Shown here piece after piece: positions 34,209-42,802 of a stretch of DNA of 64,000 bases (its first letter is position 1; each line of letters starts with the position of its first letter). A program made the translations under genes and the position numbers. The DNA is from an uncultured Candidatus Saccharibacteria bacterium (lineage in GTDB: Bacteria > Patescibacteriota > Minisyncoccia > Phycocordibacterales > Zambryskibacteraceae), in the NCBI GenBank assembly GCA_964383705.1, contig CAYLHJ010000003.1, positions 361 to 64,360 of the forward strand, given 5' to 3'. The notes under the pieces were generated by a model that had not been told where the DNA came from, did not search any database, and saw only the letters and a list, made by a program, of their open reading frames with translations.

Positions 34209-34280
34209 GTGACCCTACGGGGAATCGAACCCCGCTTTGAGCCTTGAGAAGGCTCCGTCCTAGCCGATAGACGATAGGGC
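34209..34280 (-). tRNA. tRNA-Glu (anticodon CUC), 72 nt, CCA not encoded
   Basis: Manual fold: acceptor GGCCCTA/TAGGGTC (7 bp, one G-U), D-arm GTCT/GGAC, anticodon stem GAGCC/GGCTC with loop TTCTCAA, a 4-nt variable loop, T-arm CGGGG-TTCGATT-CCCCG, and discriminator A. The D-arm resembles E. coli tRNA-Glu. Confidence 0.85.
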
Positions 34281-34323
34281 CGTTGAAACAAAAGAATACC
34301 GAATTTAGTGGCTATAATCAAGG

Positions 34324-35625
34324 TTATCTTTTCTGCCATTCTTCATCTTGCCGAACAAGCAACCTTCTTTTTTCCATGGGCTCTGCCATAACTTCTTCTA
34401 CTGCTTTCTCCATGCGCATTCCCTGCGAGCCCTTTATAAGAACGATGTCTCCGGATTTTAAAAGAATCTCCAAATGTTTTCCCGCTTCTCGTGAATCCTC
34501 AAACTGAAATATTTTTTCTTCATGCAAACCATTATTCAAAGCACCTTCTGCGATTGCTCGAGCCCGAACCCCAACAGTAATAAGACAGGAGACTGTCTTT
34601 GCCACATAATCCCCCACCTTTTTATGCTCATTTGCAGAATGAGTTCCAAGTTCAAGCATATCGCCCAAAACAGCAATCTTCCTGCCTTTGGTTCGAATCA
34701 AGGCCAGAGTATTTAATGCCTCCTCGAGAGCCACTGGAGATGAATTGTATGAATCATCAATTATGGTTGTGTTTTTAACTCCCGAAATAATTTTCATCCT
34801 TCCGCGAGTCGCTTCATATGATTTAAATGCCTTAGCAATGTCATTAAGCGAAAATCCTTCTGATATTGCTGCGGCACAAGCGGCAAGTGCTGGATACATT
34901 TGCTGGATACCGAGCCCGCCGAATATTTTTATATTCTCCGTATCATTTCCGAATGAAACATTAAATGAAACTCCAGAAGGAACGCTTATATTTTCTTTTT
35001 CTTCATAAATAATCTCATAACCGGTGCCGATAACCTGAGCATTGCTTTCCTTGCCATAAAGAAAAGTTTTTCCTTGAAAAAGATTTCTAAAATCCAACAC
35101 ATCCTCGTCATCGCTATTTAAGATGAGCGTGCCGTCTTTTTTGAGAGCTTCTACTAAATTCCCCTTTTCTTTATAAAGCTCTAAAGCGCTCTTAAAATAT
35201 TCGACATGAACAGGGACTTTAGAAAGGCGGGTGACAATACAAATGTCCGGATGAATCCACTGCGCCAAAGATTTTATATCTCCCGGCCTATCAGCACCAA
35301 TCTCAAGGATAAGCCATTTGGGATAACGGTTTGGGAGAAGGATGAGGGCAAGTCCTTCAAAAATATTTTTTATCCAAATATACGGATTATTCCAGCCGTT
35401 CGGACATCCTAAAATCGTAAGAGGAACCCCGATTTCACTATTGTAACTTTTTTCACTTTTGCGAGTAAAAAAGAAGTTAGAAAAAACAGAAAAAACGGCA
35501 TCTTTGGTCGAAGTTTTTCCCACACTGCCAGTGATGGCAACAATTTTGGGTTGATATTTGCGAAGAACAAGCTTTGATTCCCAGATGAGAATTTTTACAA
35601 TTATTTGCTTGAATATGGACTTCAT
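34324..35625 (-). CDS. murF: UDP-N-acetylmuramoyl-tripeptide--D-alanyl-D-alanine ligase
   Basis: Mur ligase fold with the ATP-binding motif ITGSVGKTSTKD. 433 aa. The gene sits downstream of ftsI in a dcw-like cluster. Confidence 0.85.
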   Translation of the reverse strand: MKSIFKQIIVKILIWESKLVLRKYQPKIVAITGSVGKTSTKDAVFSVFSNFFFTRKSEKSYNSEIGVPLTILGCPNGWNNPYIWIKNIFEGLALILLPNRYPKWLILEIGADRPGDIKSLAQWIHPDICIVTRLSKVPVHVEYFKSALELYKEKGNLVEALKKDGTLILNSDDEDVLDFRNLFQGKTFLYGKESNAQVIGTGYEIIYEEKENISVPSGVSFNVSFGNDTENIKIFGGLGIQQMYPALAACAAAISEGFSLNDIAKAFKSYEATRGRMKIISGVKNTTIIDDSYNSSPVALEEALNTLALIRTKGRKIAVLGDMLELGTHSANEHKKVGDYVAKTVSCLITVGVRARAIAEGALNNGLHEEKIFQFEDSREAGKHLEILLKSGDIVLIKGSQGMRMEKAVEEVMAEPMEKRRLLVRQDEEWQKR

Positions 35626-35632
35626 AAGAATT

Positions 35633-37336
35633 CTATCGGTCTGGAGGTATTTGATAATAGTTTATCAAAAATTTTGTAATATCCATAAATGGATATGTGA
35701 GTGTCTCAGATGCGTACTTCACACCCTTTGGGTCATAGGAAAATAGGAAGACCAGAAACTTCGCTTCATATGCCGGAAAATATCCGAAAAATGAATGAAG
35801 GAATTTATCATCAAAATATCCTCCTTTTGTAGCAATTTGCGCCGTGCCGGTTTTCGCAGCGATACTGTAATGATCCATCTTAACTGCACCAGAAAGCAGA
35901 GCATTGTCTACGACAGAAACAAGCATCCTAGTTATCTCTTCTGCACTTTCTTTTTTTATCACTTGTTCATCTACACCGGGATAGATTTTCTTTGAACCGC
36001 CGATTTTGTATTCAATTTTCTGCCCGATGTGAGGATTGATAAGCTTCCCGCCATTAGCCAAAACAGAGAGAGCGCGAACAGTCTGGATGGGAGTGATGGC
36101 GATGCCTTGACCAAAAGAAGCGGTGGCGTACTCGATATCACGAGGTGAGGAGAGATTTTCCACAAGACCATGAGTTTCATTTGGTAAATCAATCCCCGTT
36201 TCTTCCCCGATTCCGAAATCCTTCATATATCGAGCAAAATTGCCTTTACCCATCTGTCGCACCACAAAAGCGACCCCTGTGTTTAATGACTGGTTTAAAA
36301 CTTCCTGCATATTTACCGTACCTCTCCCCTTTCCATCAAAGTTTGAAAAAGTTTTTTTATCCAATGTAACTGTGCCGGAATCATAATAAGTGGTGTCAGC
36401 AGTAACAGCGCCGGCATCAATACCAGCCACCATGGTTAAAGGTTTAATAATTGAGCCCATTTCATAGACACGTTCAACCAGAGGATTTGAAAATATAGAC
36501 GAATCGGTTTCATCTTTAAGGTTGTTCGGATCAAATGTCGGAGTTACCGCCATAGCGACAATTTCTCCGTTTGAAGGATCCATTACTATTCCTCCGCTAT
36601 AATCAGAACCCCATTTTTCATTTATTTTTTCTAACTGTTCTTCCAGCAAAATCTGAACCGATGGCTCAATCGAAGTAATGAGATCCCCTTCAAGGGTATT
36701 GCTTCCCTCAATCCCCCCTTTTATATTTGAAAATATTTCCGCAAAAAAATTAACGTAGACGCTTTCATTATTGCGCCTTAGTGTGTCTTCGTAGTATCTC
36801 TCAAGGCCGTATCTGCCCGCCAATTCATCTTCATTAAAAGCGATGAATCCTAGCGTGTGGGCAGCAAGAGAATTGCCTGGATAATATCTCCAGCGCTCTT
36901 TATAGAGACTCACTCCAGGGATTGCCAAATCTTTAATTTTTGAAGCGTCATCCGGCGAAACCTTGTGTGCAATAACCGAGTAAGAGCTATTCTTTTTTTG
37001 AGCTCGAGCAATAAAATCCTCTTTATCAATCGGCAAAATTGCATTTATATCGCTCCATACTTGCTCCGGATTTTTCACAAGGCTTGGATTAATGGCCAAA
37101 ATAAAACCGGTCTTGAGGGCCGCCGCTGGAAATGAAACTCCACCCTTTGTCTTAAAAAAAATCGACCCGCGATCAAAATAGTCGTAGGAAGATTGCACAT
37201 ACTGACGATCGGCTTTGTCTTTAAGTTCGTCACCTGAAACTATTTGAAGAAAATAAAGCCTTCCGATAAGAAGTAATCCGAAAAAAAATATTAAAAAAGA
37301 AATTGATCTAATCCGTGATGTAGACCCGAGTTTCAT
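35633..37336 (-). CDS. ftsI: Class B penicillin-binding protein (transpeptidase), divisome-type (FtsI-like) by context
   Basis: N-terminal TM helix and a dimerisation domain. Transpeptidase motifs SIIKP (SxxK), SxN and KTGT are present. The gene lies between ftsL and murF. Confidence 0.8.
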   Translation of the reverse strand: MKLGSTSRIRSISFLIFFFGLLLIGRLYFLQIVSGDELKDKADRQYVQSSYDYFDRGSIFFKTKGGVSFPAAALKTGFILAINPSLVKNPEQVWSDINAILPIDKEDFIARAQKKNSSYSVIAHKVSPDDASKIKDLAIPGVSLYKERWRYYPGNSLAAHTLGFIAFNEDELAGRYGLERYYEDTLRRNNESVYVNFFAEIFSNIKGGIEGSNTLEGDLITSIEPSVQILLEEQLEKINEKWGSDYSGGIVMDPSNGEIVAMAVTPTFDPNNLKDETDSSIFSNPLVERVYEMGSIIKPLTMVAGIDAGAVTADTTYYDSGTVTLDKKTFSNFDGKGRGTVNMQEVLNQSLNTGVAFVVRQMGKGNFARYMKDFGIGEETGIDLPNETHGLVENLSSPRDIEYATASFGQGIAITPIQTVRALSVLANGGKLINPHIGQKIEYKIGGSKKIYPGVDEQVIKKESAEEITRMLVSVVDNALLSGAVKMDHYSIAAKTGTAQIATKGGYFDDKFLHSFFGYFPAYEAKFLVFLFSYDPKGVKYASETLTYPFMDITKFLINYYQIPPDR

Positions 37337-37353
37337 AGGACAAAAATCTCACA

Positions 37354-37674
37354 CTAGCGAGACGTATTTGTGCCTGGTAAAAAAGCAACTGAATTTTTTC
37401 TTGAAACAAAGGTGACCTTATCTGTCTGACGAAATCCGAGTTCAATGGCGCGATCAAGCGTCACAGAGTTTTTCAAATCCATATATTCAAATTCAAGGTC
37501 ACTCACACGAACCACCCGAGTCGAAAGTTCTTGTTCAATGGTCTGTCGTTCTGCAACATTGTGAACGGTGCGATTTATGCCGTATACATATAAAATAGCG
37601 GACAAAACACAAAGGCCTGCAAGACCGAAGAATAAAAGCTTATTTTTATGAATTTCAAGAACCTTTGTTTTCAT
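37354..37674 (-). CDS. ftsL: Cell division protein FtsL/DivIC-like (small bitopic coiled-coil protein)
   Basis: 106 aa with a single TM helix and a coiled coil. Its position between rsmH and ftsI is the conserved dcw order. Confidence 0.5.
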   Translation of the reverse strand: MKTKVLEIHKNKLLFFGLAGLCVLSAILYVYGINRTVHNVAERQTIEQELSTRVVRVSDLEFEYMDLKNSVTLDRAIELGFRQTDKVTFVSRKNSVAFLPGTNTSR

Positions 37675-38573
37675 TATGAAGTGGAACTATTTTTCTCTAT
37701 GATGCGCAATTTTGCACTTCGAGAGCGAGGATTTTCTCTTGTCTCATCCTCTGAGGCCGTAATGGGTTTTTTAGTAATTAAATTGGAAAGACCAGTTTGG
37801 GACCATGCTTTAAACATTTGCTTAACAATGCGATCCTCATGACTATGGAAAGAAATGGCAGCAATCCTTCCAAGTGGAGTAATGAGGCGAAAGGCTGCAT
37901 CGAGACCGTCTGCGACGGTAGCAAGCTCGTCGTTTACCGCAATACGAAGAGCTTGGAATGTGCGAGTAGCGGGATGAATTTTTTTCTTTTGATAATCGAT
38001 CGGTGTAACCGCTTCGATTATTTTCACCAGTTGAGTCGTACTCTCAATTGGTTTTTCATCTCGCGCTTTGACAATTCCTTTAGCGATACGACCGGCAAAT
38101 CTCTCTTCGCCATATCCACGCAATACTTGTCGCAATGTGTCCTCGTCCCACGTGTTTATGATTTCATAAGCGGTAAGATCGTCCGGACCAGGGTTTGATT
38201 TGAAAGTCATCATAAGCGGTTCGTCTTTTAGAAATGAGAAGCCGCGATTAGAGCTTTCAATTTGCGGAGATGAGAATCCAAAATCAAAAAGAACTTTTGT
38301 GATTTTAGAAATCCCAAGACCGGAAGCGATTGATTGCATATTACGATAACTGTCGCAGACAAAGGTTACTCTTGAATCCCTATTTAACCTTTCTCTGCTT
38401 CTCTCTATCGCTTCGCTGTCTAAGTCAATACCGATTACTTGGACATCTTTACCAGTCGCAAGTATTGCTTCAGTATGCCCGCCATCGCCTAAGGTAGCAT
38501 CTATGACAATGTCACCATCCTCAAGTGCGAGCCCTTCTATTGTTTCGTGTAAAAGAACAGGTTTGTGGGTCAT
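37674..38573 (-). CDS. rsmH: 16S rRNA (cytosine1402-N4)-methyltransferase RsmH (MraW)
   Basis: SAM-binding motif IDATLGDGGHT and the conserved RsmH C-terminal region. 299 aa. Confidence 0.9.
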   Translation of the reverse strand: MTHKPVLLHETIEGLALEDGDIVIDATLGDGGHTEAILATGKDVQVIGIDLDSEAIERSRERLNRDSRVTFVCDSYRNMQSIASGLGISKITKVLFDFGFSSPQIESSNRGFSFLKDEPLMMTFKSNPGPDDLTAYEIINTWDEDTLRQVLRGYGEERFAGRIAKGIVKARDEKPIESTTQLVKIIEAVTPIDYQKKKIHPATRTFQALRIAVNDELATVADGLDAAFRLITPLGRIAAISFHSHEDRIVKQMFKAWSQTGLSNLITKKPITASEDETRENPRSRSAKLRIIEKNSSTS

Positions 38574-38575
38574 CT

Positions 38576-39010
38576 TTATATGACACCCATTCCCCCAAGT
38601 TTTTCGGCCATGCCGTCTGCTTGGCGTTCAATGAGTTTTCTTTTCTCAGTCCAATCCTTTTCGTTCCAGATTTCTATTCGATCATATAGACCGGCGAATA
38701 TTACCTTGCTTTTCAGCTCGGCAAATTCTCTTAAGAAATCGGGTATGAGGATTCTCCCGATAGAATCAACCTCGACTTCAACTGCGCCGGAAAGCATAAA
38801 CCGACCGAAGTCTCGATTATCCCGATGCCCCATGGGAAGAGTTCCTAATTTTTTTGCAATATCTTCCCACGCTTTAAGCGGATATACCAAAAGACAAGTG
38901 TCAGGGCTTTTTGTGACAATCACTTTTCCCCCAAGTTCTTTCTTGAATTTTGCCGGCAATGAGATTCTTTTCTTCTCATCGACTGTGTGTGTATATTCGC
39001 CGATAAACAT
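38576..39010 (-). CDS. mraZ: Transcriptional regulator MraZ
   Basis: Two MraZ repeats (DEKKRISLPAKF.. and VDSIGRILIPDFL). 144 aa. Heads the dcw cluster. Confidence 0.85.
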   Translation of the reverse strand: MFIGEYTHTVDEKKRISLPAKFKKELGGKVIVTKSPDTCLLVYPLKAWEDIAKKLGTLPMGHRDNRDFGRFMLSGAVEVEVDSIGRILIPDFLREFAELKSKVIFAGLYDRIEIWNEKDWTEKRKLIERQADGMAEKLGGMGVI

Positions 39011-39148
39011 TTCATTGTTTTAAGCGCGGTGTTGTAGAAAATATTTTCCCACTTCTTCCCACTTGATAGAAAGTATATGACACTTAATCCCACTCCCCTA
39101 TACTTTTTATCCACTTTTTTATTGAACTTTAGTTCACCTTTAGAATTT

Positions 39149-39189
39149 TATACAAAACAAAAGCGCCACTCGATTATCCGAAGTGGCGC
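39149..39189 (-). terminator. Minus-strand intrinsic terminator GCGCCACT-N11-AGTGGCGC followed by TTTTGTTTTG
   Basis: An 8-bp GC-rich stem directly after the mini-cistron D stop, with a U-run on the minus strand. Confidence 0.6.
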
Positions 39190-39381
39190 TCACCGTGAGA
39201 TCGTGCCCGTCGTGAGAGTCTTGATTTCTCTGAGGATTTCTTCGTGTTCAAGCTTCAAGAACTCACGAATTTCCTCCATCAACTTTGATTCTCCTGCCGA
39301 GAGCTTCTGGTTCTCAATTTGCTTGAGCACAAGCCCAGCATATTTGACCAGAAGCCTCGTCCTCAAATCTGGACGAGACAT
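39190..39381 (-). CDS. GC-elevated mini-cistron D: 63-aa hypothetical protein (MSRPDLRTRLLVKYAGLVLKQIENQKLSAGESKLMEEIREFLKLEHEEILREIKTLTTGTISR)
   Basis: SD AAGGAGA lies 5 nt before the ATG. A terminator follows directly. A TTGATA-N17-TAAATG promoter-like sequence lies upstream. The tracked ORF starts further upstream, but the SD supports the ATG at 39381. Confidence 0.4.
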   Translation of the reverse strand: MSRPDLRTRLLVKYAGLVLKQIENQKLSAGESKLMEEIREFLKLEHEEILREIKTLTTGTISR

Positions 39382-39444
39382 AGCTATCTCCTTTTGTTTG
39401 TTCCACCATAATAATAACACATTTATTTATAATATGCAAATATA

Positions 39445-39879
39445 TCAATCAGAAGACTCTATCCCCCTTGAAAGGGTTAGCCTTAAGGCGAAACTTCCAC
39501 ATGCCGGACGAGATTCTGGATTAGGAAGCAGGGGGTGCACCTGCTCTTTGCTTTTTCCTGCTTTTATTAAATTTCTAACAAACGCCCTGATAGTATCTTG
39601 AGTCGCATTGTGAGTTTTAGTTCTATTATCTGCTTTTTGAGAACTTTCTTCGCCGAAACCTTCTTCTTGCTGAGTATTGAGGTGTTCTAAAACTGATTTT
39701 GTGTACCGAAAACATTGATCAAATAAGTCTTCAAGTAATTCTTTCAGACCCTCATCACCTTCTACTAGCGCCTCAAGTTTATCAAGTGGCACCATCCAAT
39801 TATCAATTGAACCGTCAACTAATTCTTTCTCTAACGGCACTAACTCATCGTGCACTGATTCTGGTAGTTCAAAACTCAT
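39445..39879 (-). CDS. Acidic hypothetical protein in the GC-elevated islet; start ambiguous (TTG at 39948 or ATG at 39879)
   Basis: Open frame of 144-167 aa. No SD was detected for either candidate start. No domain recognised. Confidence 0.3.
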   Translation of the reverse strand: MSFELPESVHDELVPLEKELVDGSIDNWMVPLDKLEALVEGDEGLKELLEDLFDQCFRYTKSVLEHLNTQQEEGFGEESSQKADNRTKTHNATQDTIRAFVRNLIKAGKSKEQVHPLLPNPESRPACGSFALRLTLSRGIESSD

Positions 39880-40002
39880 TTTTAATCTAAATCTATCGAA
39901 TAAATTACTATTGAGTATAATACCACGTGGCAATGATGGGAAATACAAAAGGCGCCGCGATTTCCGAAGAAATTACGACGCCCCGAACTGCTTGAAGCGG
40001 GC

Positions 40003-40596
40003 CTAATGCGAGGAGGACCCCAGACCAAAGTACACTGAAGCAGGATCCCCCTTTAGATTCCAGCTACGCCAGATTTTGACGTAGAAAGAACCAGAACTCA
40101 ACTTCACCGCAGGACCAAAGTTGATTGCGAGTCTCTTGCTAGAAGTATCATAGTAGAGAGTCTCGTCGGCCCCGACATGGAGCCATGGATTCACCCTCAC
40201 TAACGCATCAATGAAGTGGAACCCGAAGTGATAGTCGCCACCAACACCACGAGAGTATTGATTCGACATGAAAACTGAAGATCGGCCCTCATTCACGAAG
40301 GTGTACAACTGAAGCGAAATGGCAGAGTAATCGCCCGCCATTCCACCAAGAGAAATGGAGTGCGAAACCTTACCATTTCCCACTGGCACCCCCACAAAAA
40401 AGCCAAATGTGTTTGGCTCATCAAAGTTATAGCGAGTATCGATCACGAACGGTAAGGTTTCGTCCGAGATGATGAACCACGGAAAGAAAGTGGTCTCCCC
40501 GTCAGATTGCTTTGCCCAGATAGAAAAGTCGCTCTGAGCACTCAGCTCCCCGACTGAAAGGAATGCGAGGATAATCCATGAACAAAACGCCTTCAT
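40003..40596 (-). CDS. Secreted beta-rich hypothetical protein (signal peptide, roughly 175-aa mature part) in the GC-elevated islet
   Basis: Signal peptide MKAFCSWIILAFLSVGELSAQS. The mature part is rich in alternating hydrophobic, Gly and aromatic residues. No motif recognised. Confidence 0.4.
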   Translation of the reverse strand: MKAFCSWIILAFLSVGELSAQSDFSIWAKQSDGETTFFPWFIISDETLPFVIDTRYNFDEPNTFGFFVGVPVGNGKVSHSISLGGMAGDYSAISLQLYTFVNEGRSSVFMSNQYSRGVGGDYHFGFHFIDALVRVNPWLHVGADETLYYDTSSKRLAINFGPAVKLSSGSFYVKIWRSWNLKGDPASVYFGLGSSSH

Positions 40597-40712
40597 ACTC
40601 CCCCCGTGAGATGAAGAAATGTTTAAGTACCCTATCCACCCACAATTATAACAAAAATATATGGCTATTGTCAATAGCTATAAGTTAGGTTTATTTTAAT
40701 AAGAAGAAAATA

Positions 40713-42188
40713 CTAATTTCTTGGTTTGAGAGTAGGAAATAGAATCACTTCCTTTATATTTTTTATATCAGTTAAGACCATAACCAAGCGATCAATACCG
40801 ATACCAATTCCACCATTTGGCGGCATACCGTATTCCATCGCTTCAAGATATTCTAGGTCGGATGGAGAAATTTCTTTTTCTCCCGCTGTTCCCTTCTTGT
40901 CTTGTTCTAAATATCTTTCTTTTTGATCAAGCGGATTATTGAGTTCGGAAAAAGCATTCACAAGTTCTACTCCTCCAATAACAAGTTGGAAGCGATCAAT
41001 TAAATCTTTATTCTCTTCCTTTCTCTTGGCAAATGGATTAAAGGATACTGGATAATCTACAATAAATGTCGGCTGAATGAGCTTTGGTCTGGCTACCTTT
41101 TTATAAATATTATCTAGTATCTTTTCTAAACTATCTTTTGAATCAACCTTAACACCAAGTTGCTCTGCCCGAAGAGCCGCGTCATCTCGAGATAAAGATT
41201 CCGGATTAGGAATAAGGGCATGATGTCTTAGTAAATCGTAAAACGGAACAACATTAAATTTTTTCTTTACATCAATATTATTTCCGTCGTAGACAAAAAT
41301 ATTTTTTCCAAAGAGATTCTTCACTATGTATTGAAAAAGTTCTTGAATAAAATCCATCTGGCTCTTGGCGTCTGCATAGGCTTCATTTGATTCAAGCATT
41401 GTAAACTCTGGATTATGACTCGTATCAACCCCCTCATTACGGAAACGCTTGCCTATTTCAAAAACTTTAGTAAAACCCCCAGCCAAAAGCTCTTTAAGAT
41501 AAAGTTCTTGGGCTATAGTCAAATGAAAATCCGTCTGCAAAGCATTGTGATGAGTTATAAACGGTTGGGCGGTGGCGCCACCAGCCAAAGATTGCAGAAT
41601 AGGCAAATCTACTTCAAGAAAACCTTTAGAATCATAAAATCCCCTGACTAAAGAAATTATTTTCGAACGAGTTAAAAACCTCTCTCTCACCTCTTCTGAC
41701 ATTAATAAATCTAGATATCTGTGACGAAAGCGTTCTTCAGTGTCTTGCAAGCCGTGCCACTTTTCCGGAAGAGGCCTCAGTGATTTAGCGAGCATCCGCC
41801 ATGAATTTATAAGAATTGTTTTTTCTTTTCTCTTTGTAAGAAAGAGCGTCCCGGACACTTCTATAAAATCTCCGATATCAACCGTATTTTCAAAAAGCTC
41901 AAAAGCATCCTTTGGTATCCCCTCATCAGATTTAAGCATGCCCTGAAGCTTGTCAGTGCCATCAAAAAAATGAAAAAAGGTTATTGCCCCTTGCGGACGA
42001 AGAGACATAACCCTGCCAACAAGAGAATAATGTTTCTTTTTTGATTTTGATAATTTGGCAAAGTTTTTATTTACAAAAGAAAGCTCATAGTCTTGGTTGG
42101 CGTGAGAAGGATAAGCATTTACACCCAAACCCTCAAGGGCTTTCAGCTTTTCAAGTCTAGTATTTCTAATTTCTTCAAGAGAAGCCAT
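40713..42188 (-). CDS. lysS: Lysyl-tRNA synthetase (class II)
   Basis: N-terminal OB anticodon-binding domain. Class II motifs 1-3 are present (FRNEG..., GGIGIGIDRLVM). 491 aa. Confidence 0.9.
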   Translation of the reverse strand: MASLEEIRNTRLEKLKALEGLGVNAYPSHANQDYELSFVNKNFAKLSKSKKKHYSLVGRVMSLRPQGAITFFHFFDGTDKLQGMLKSDEGIPKDAFELFENTVDIGDFIEVSGTLFLTKRKEKTILINSWRMLAKSLRPLPEKWHGLQDTEERFRHRYLDLLMSEEVRERFLTRSKIISLVRGFYDSKGFLEVDLPILQSLAGGATAQPFITHHNALQTDFHLTIAQELYLKELLAGGFTKVFEIGKRFRNEGVDTSHNPEFTMLESNEAYADAKSQMDFIQELFQYIVKNLFGKNIFVYDGNNIDVKKKFNVVPFYDLLRHHALIPNPESLSRDDAALRAEQLGVKVDSKDSLEKILDNIYKKVARPKLIQPTFIVDYPVSFNPFAKRKEENKDLIDRFQLVIGGVELVNAFSELNNPLDQKERYLEQDKKGTAGEKEISPSDLEYLEAMEYGMPPNGGIGIGIDRLVMVLTDIKNIKEVILFPTLKPRN

Positions 42189-42262
42189 TTTAAAAACAAA
42201 AGTGACTGATAAATAGGCGAATGAAAATCAAACAGAAACAGTTATTTACTGGATTTAAACGC

Positions 42263-42736
42263 CTATTTAATGTCAACTATCTTATATTCCATCATACCAG
42301 AGGGTGTGGTGAAAGAGAACAATTCACCCTTCTTCTTACCTAAAATAGCTGAACCGAGTGGAGATTTGACAGATATTTTTCCAACACTAGAATCGGCCTC
42401 TTCAGAACCGACAATAGTAAATATCCTAGACTCTTTCTCTTTTTCTCTCTTCACAGTAACAGTTGAACCAACGGAGACTGAATCCGTATCGTGACTGGAG
42501 ATAATCGTTGCATGCTTTAAGACCATTTCAAGCTTTGCAATACGGTCTTCAACGGAAGCCTGCGTATCACGAGCTTCGTGATACTCAGCATTTTCGGACA
42601 AATCACCCAAACTTTTGGCATATTCAAGATTCTCTGCCACCTCTTTCCGGCGAACAGTTTTCAACGTTGCGAGTTCATTTTTAAACTCTTCGTATTTTTC
42701 TTTCGTTAGATATTCGTGTTCGTCTTTCATATACAT
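42263..42736 (-). CDS. greA: Transcription elongation factor GreA
   Basis: N-terminal coiled coil with conserved acidic tip residues (DxxEN). FKBP-like C-terminal domain. 157 aa. Confidence 0.85.
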   Translation of the reverse strand: MYMKDEHEYLTKEKYEEFKNELATLKTVRRKEVAENLEYAKSLGDLSENAEYHEARDTQASVEDRIAKLEMVLKHATIISSHDTDSVSVGSTVTVKREKEKESRIFTIVGSEEADSSVGKISVKSPLGSAILGKKKGELFSFTTPSGMMEYKIVDIK

Positions 42737-42802
42737 TGACGCTACATTATAGGGCTAAGTCAGCAAAAGTCAATCTGATAGATAGAAGCCCATTTTTACG
42801 AC

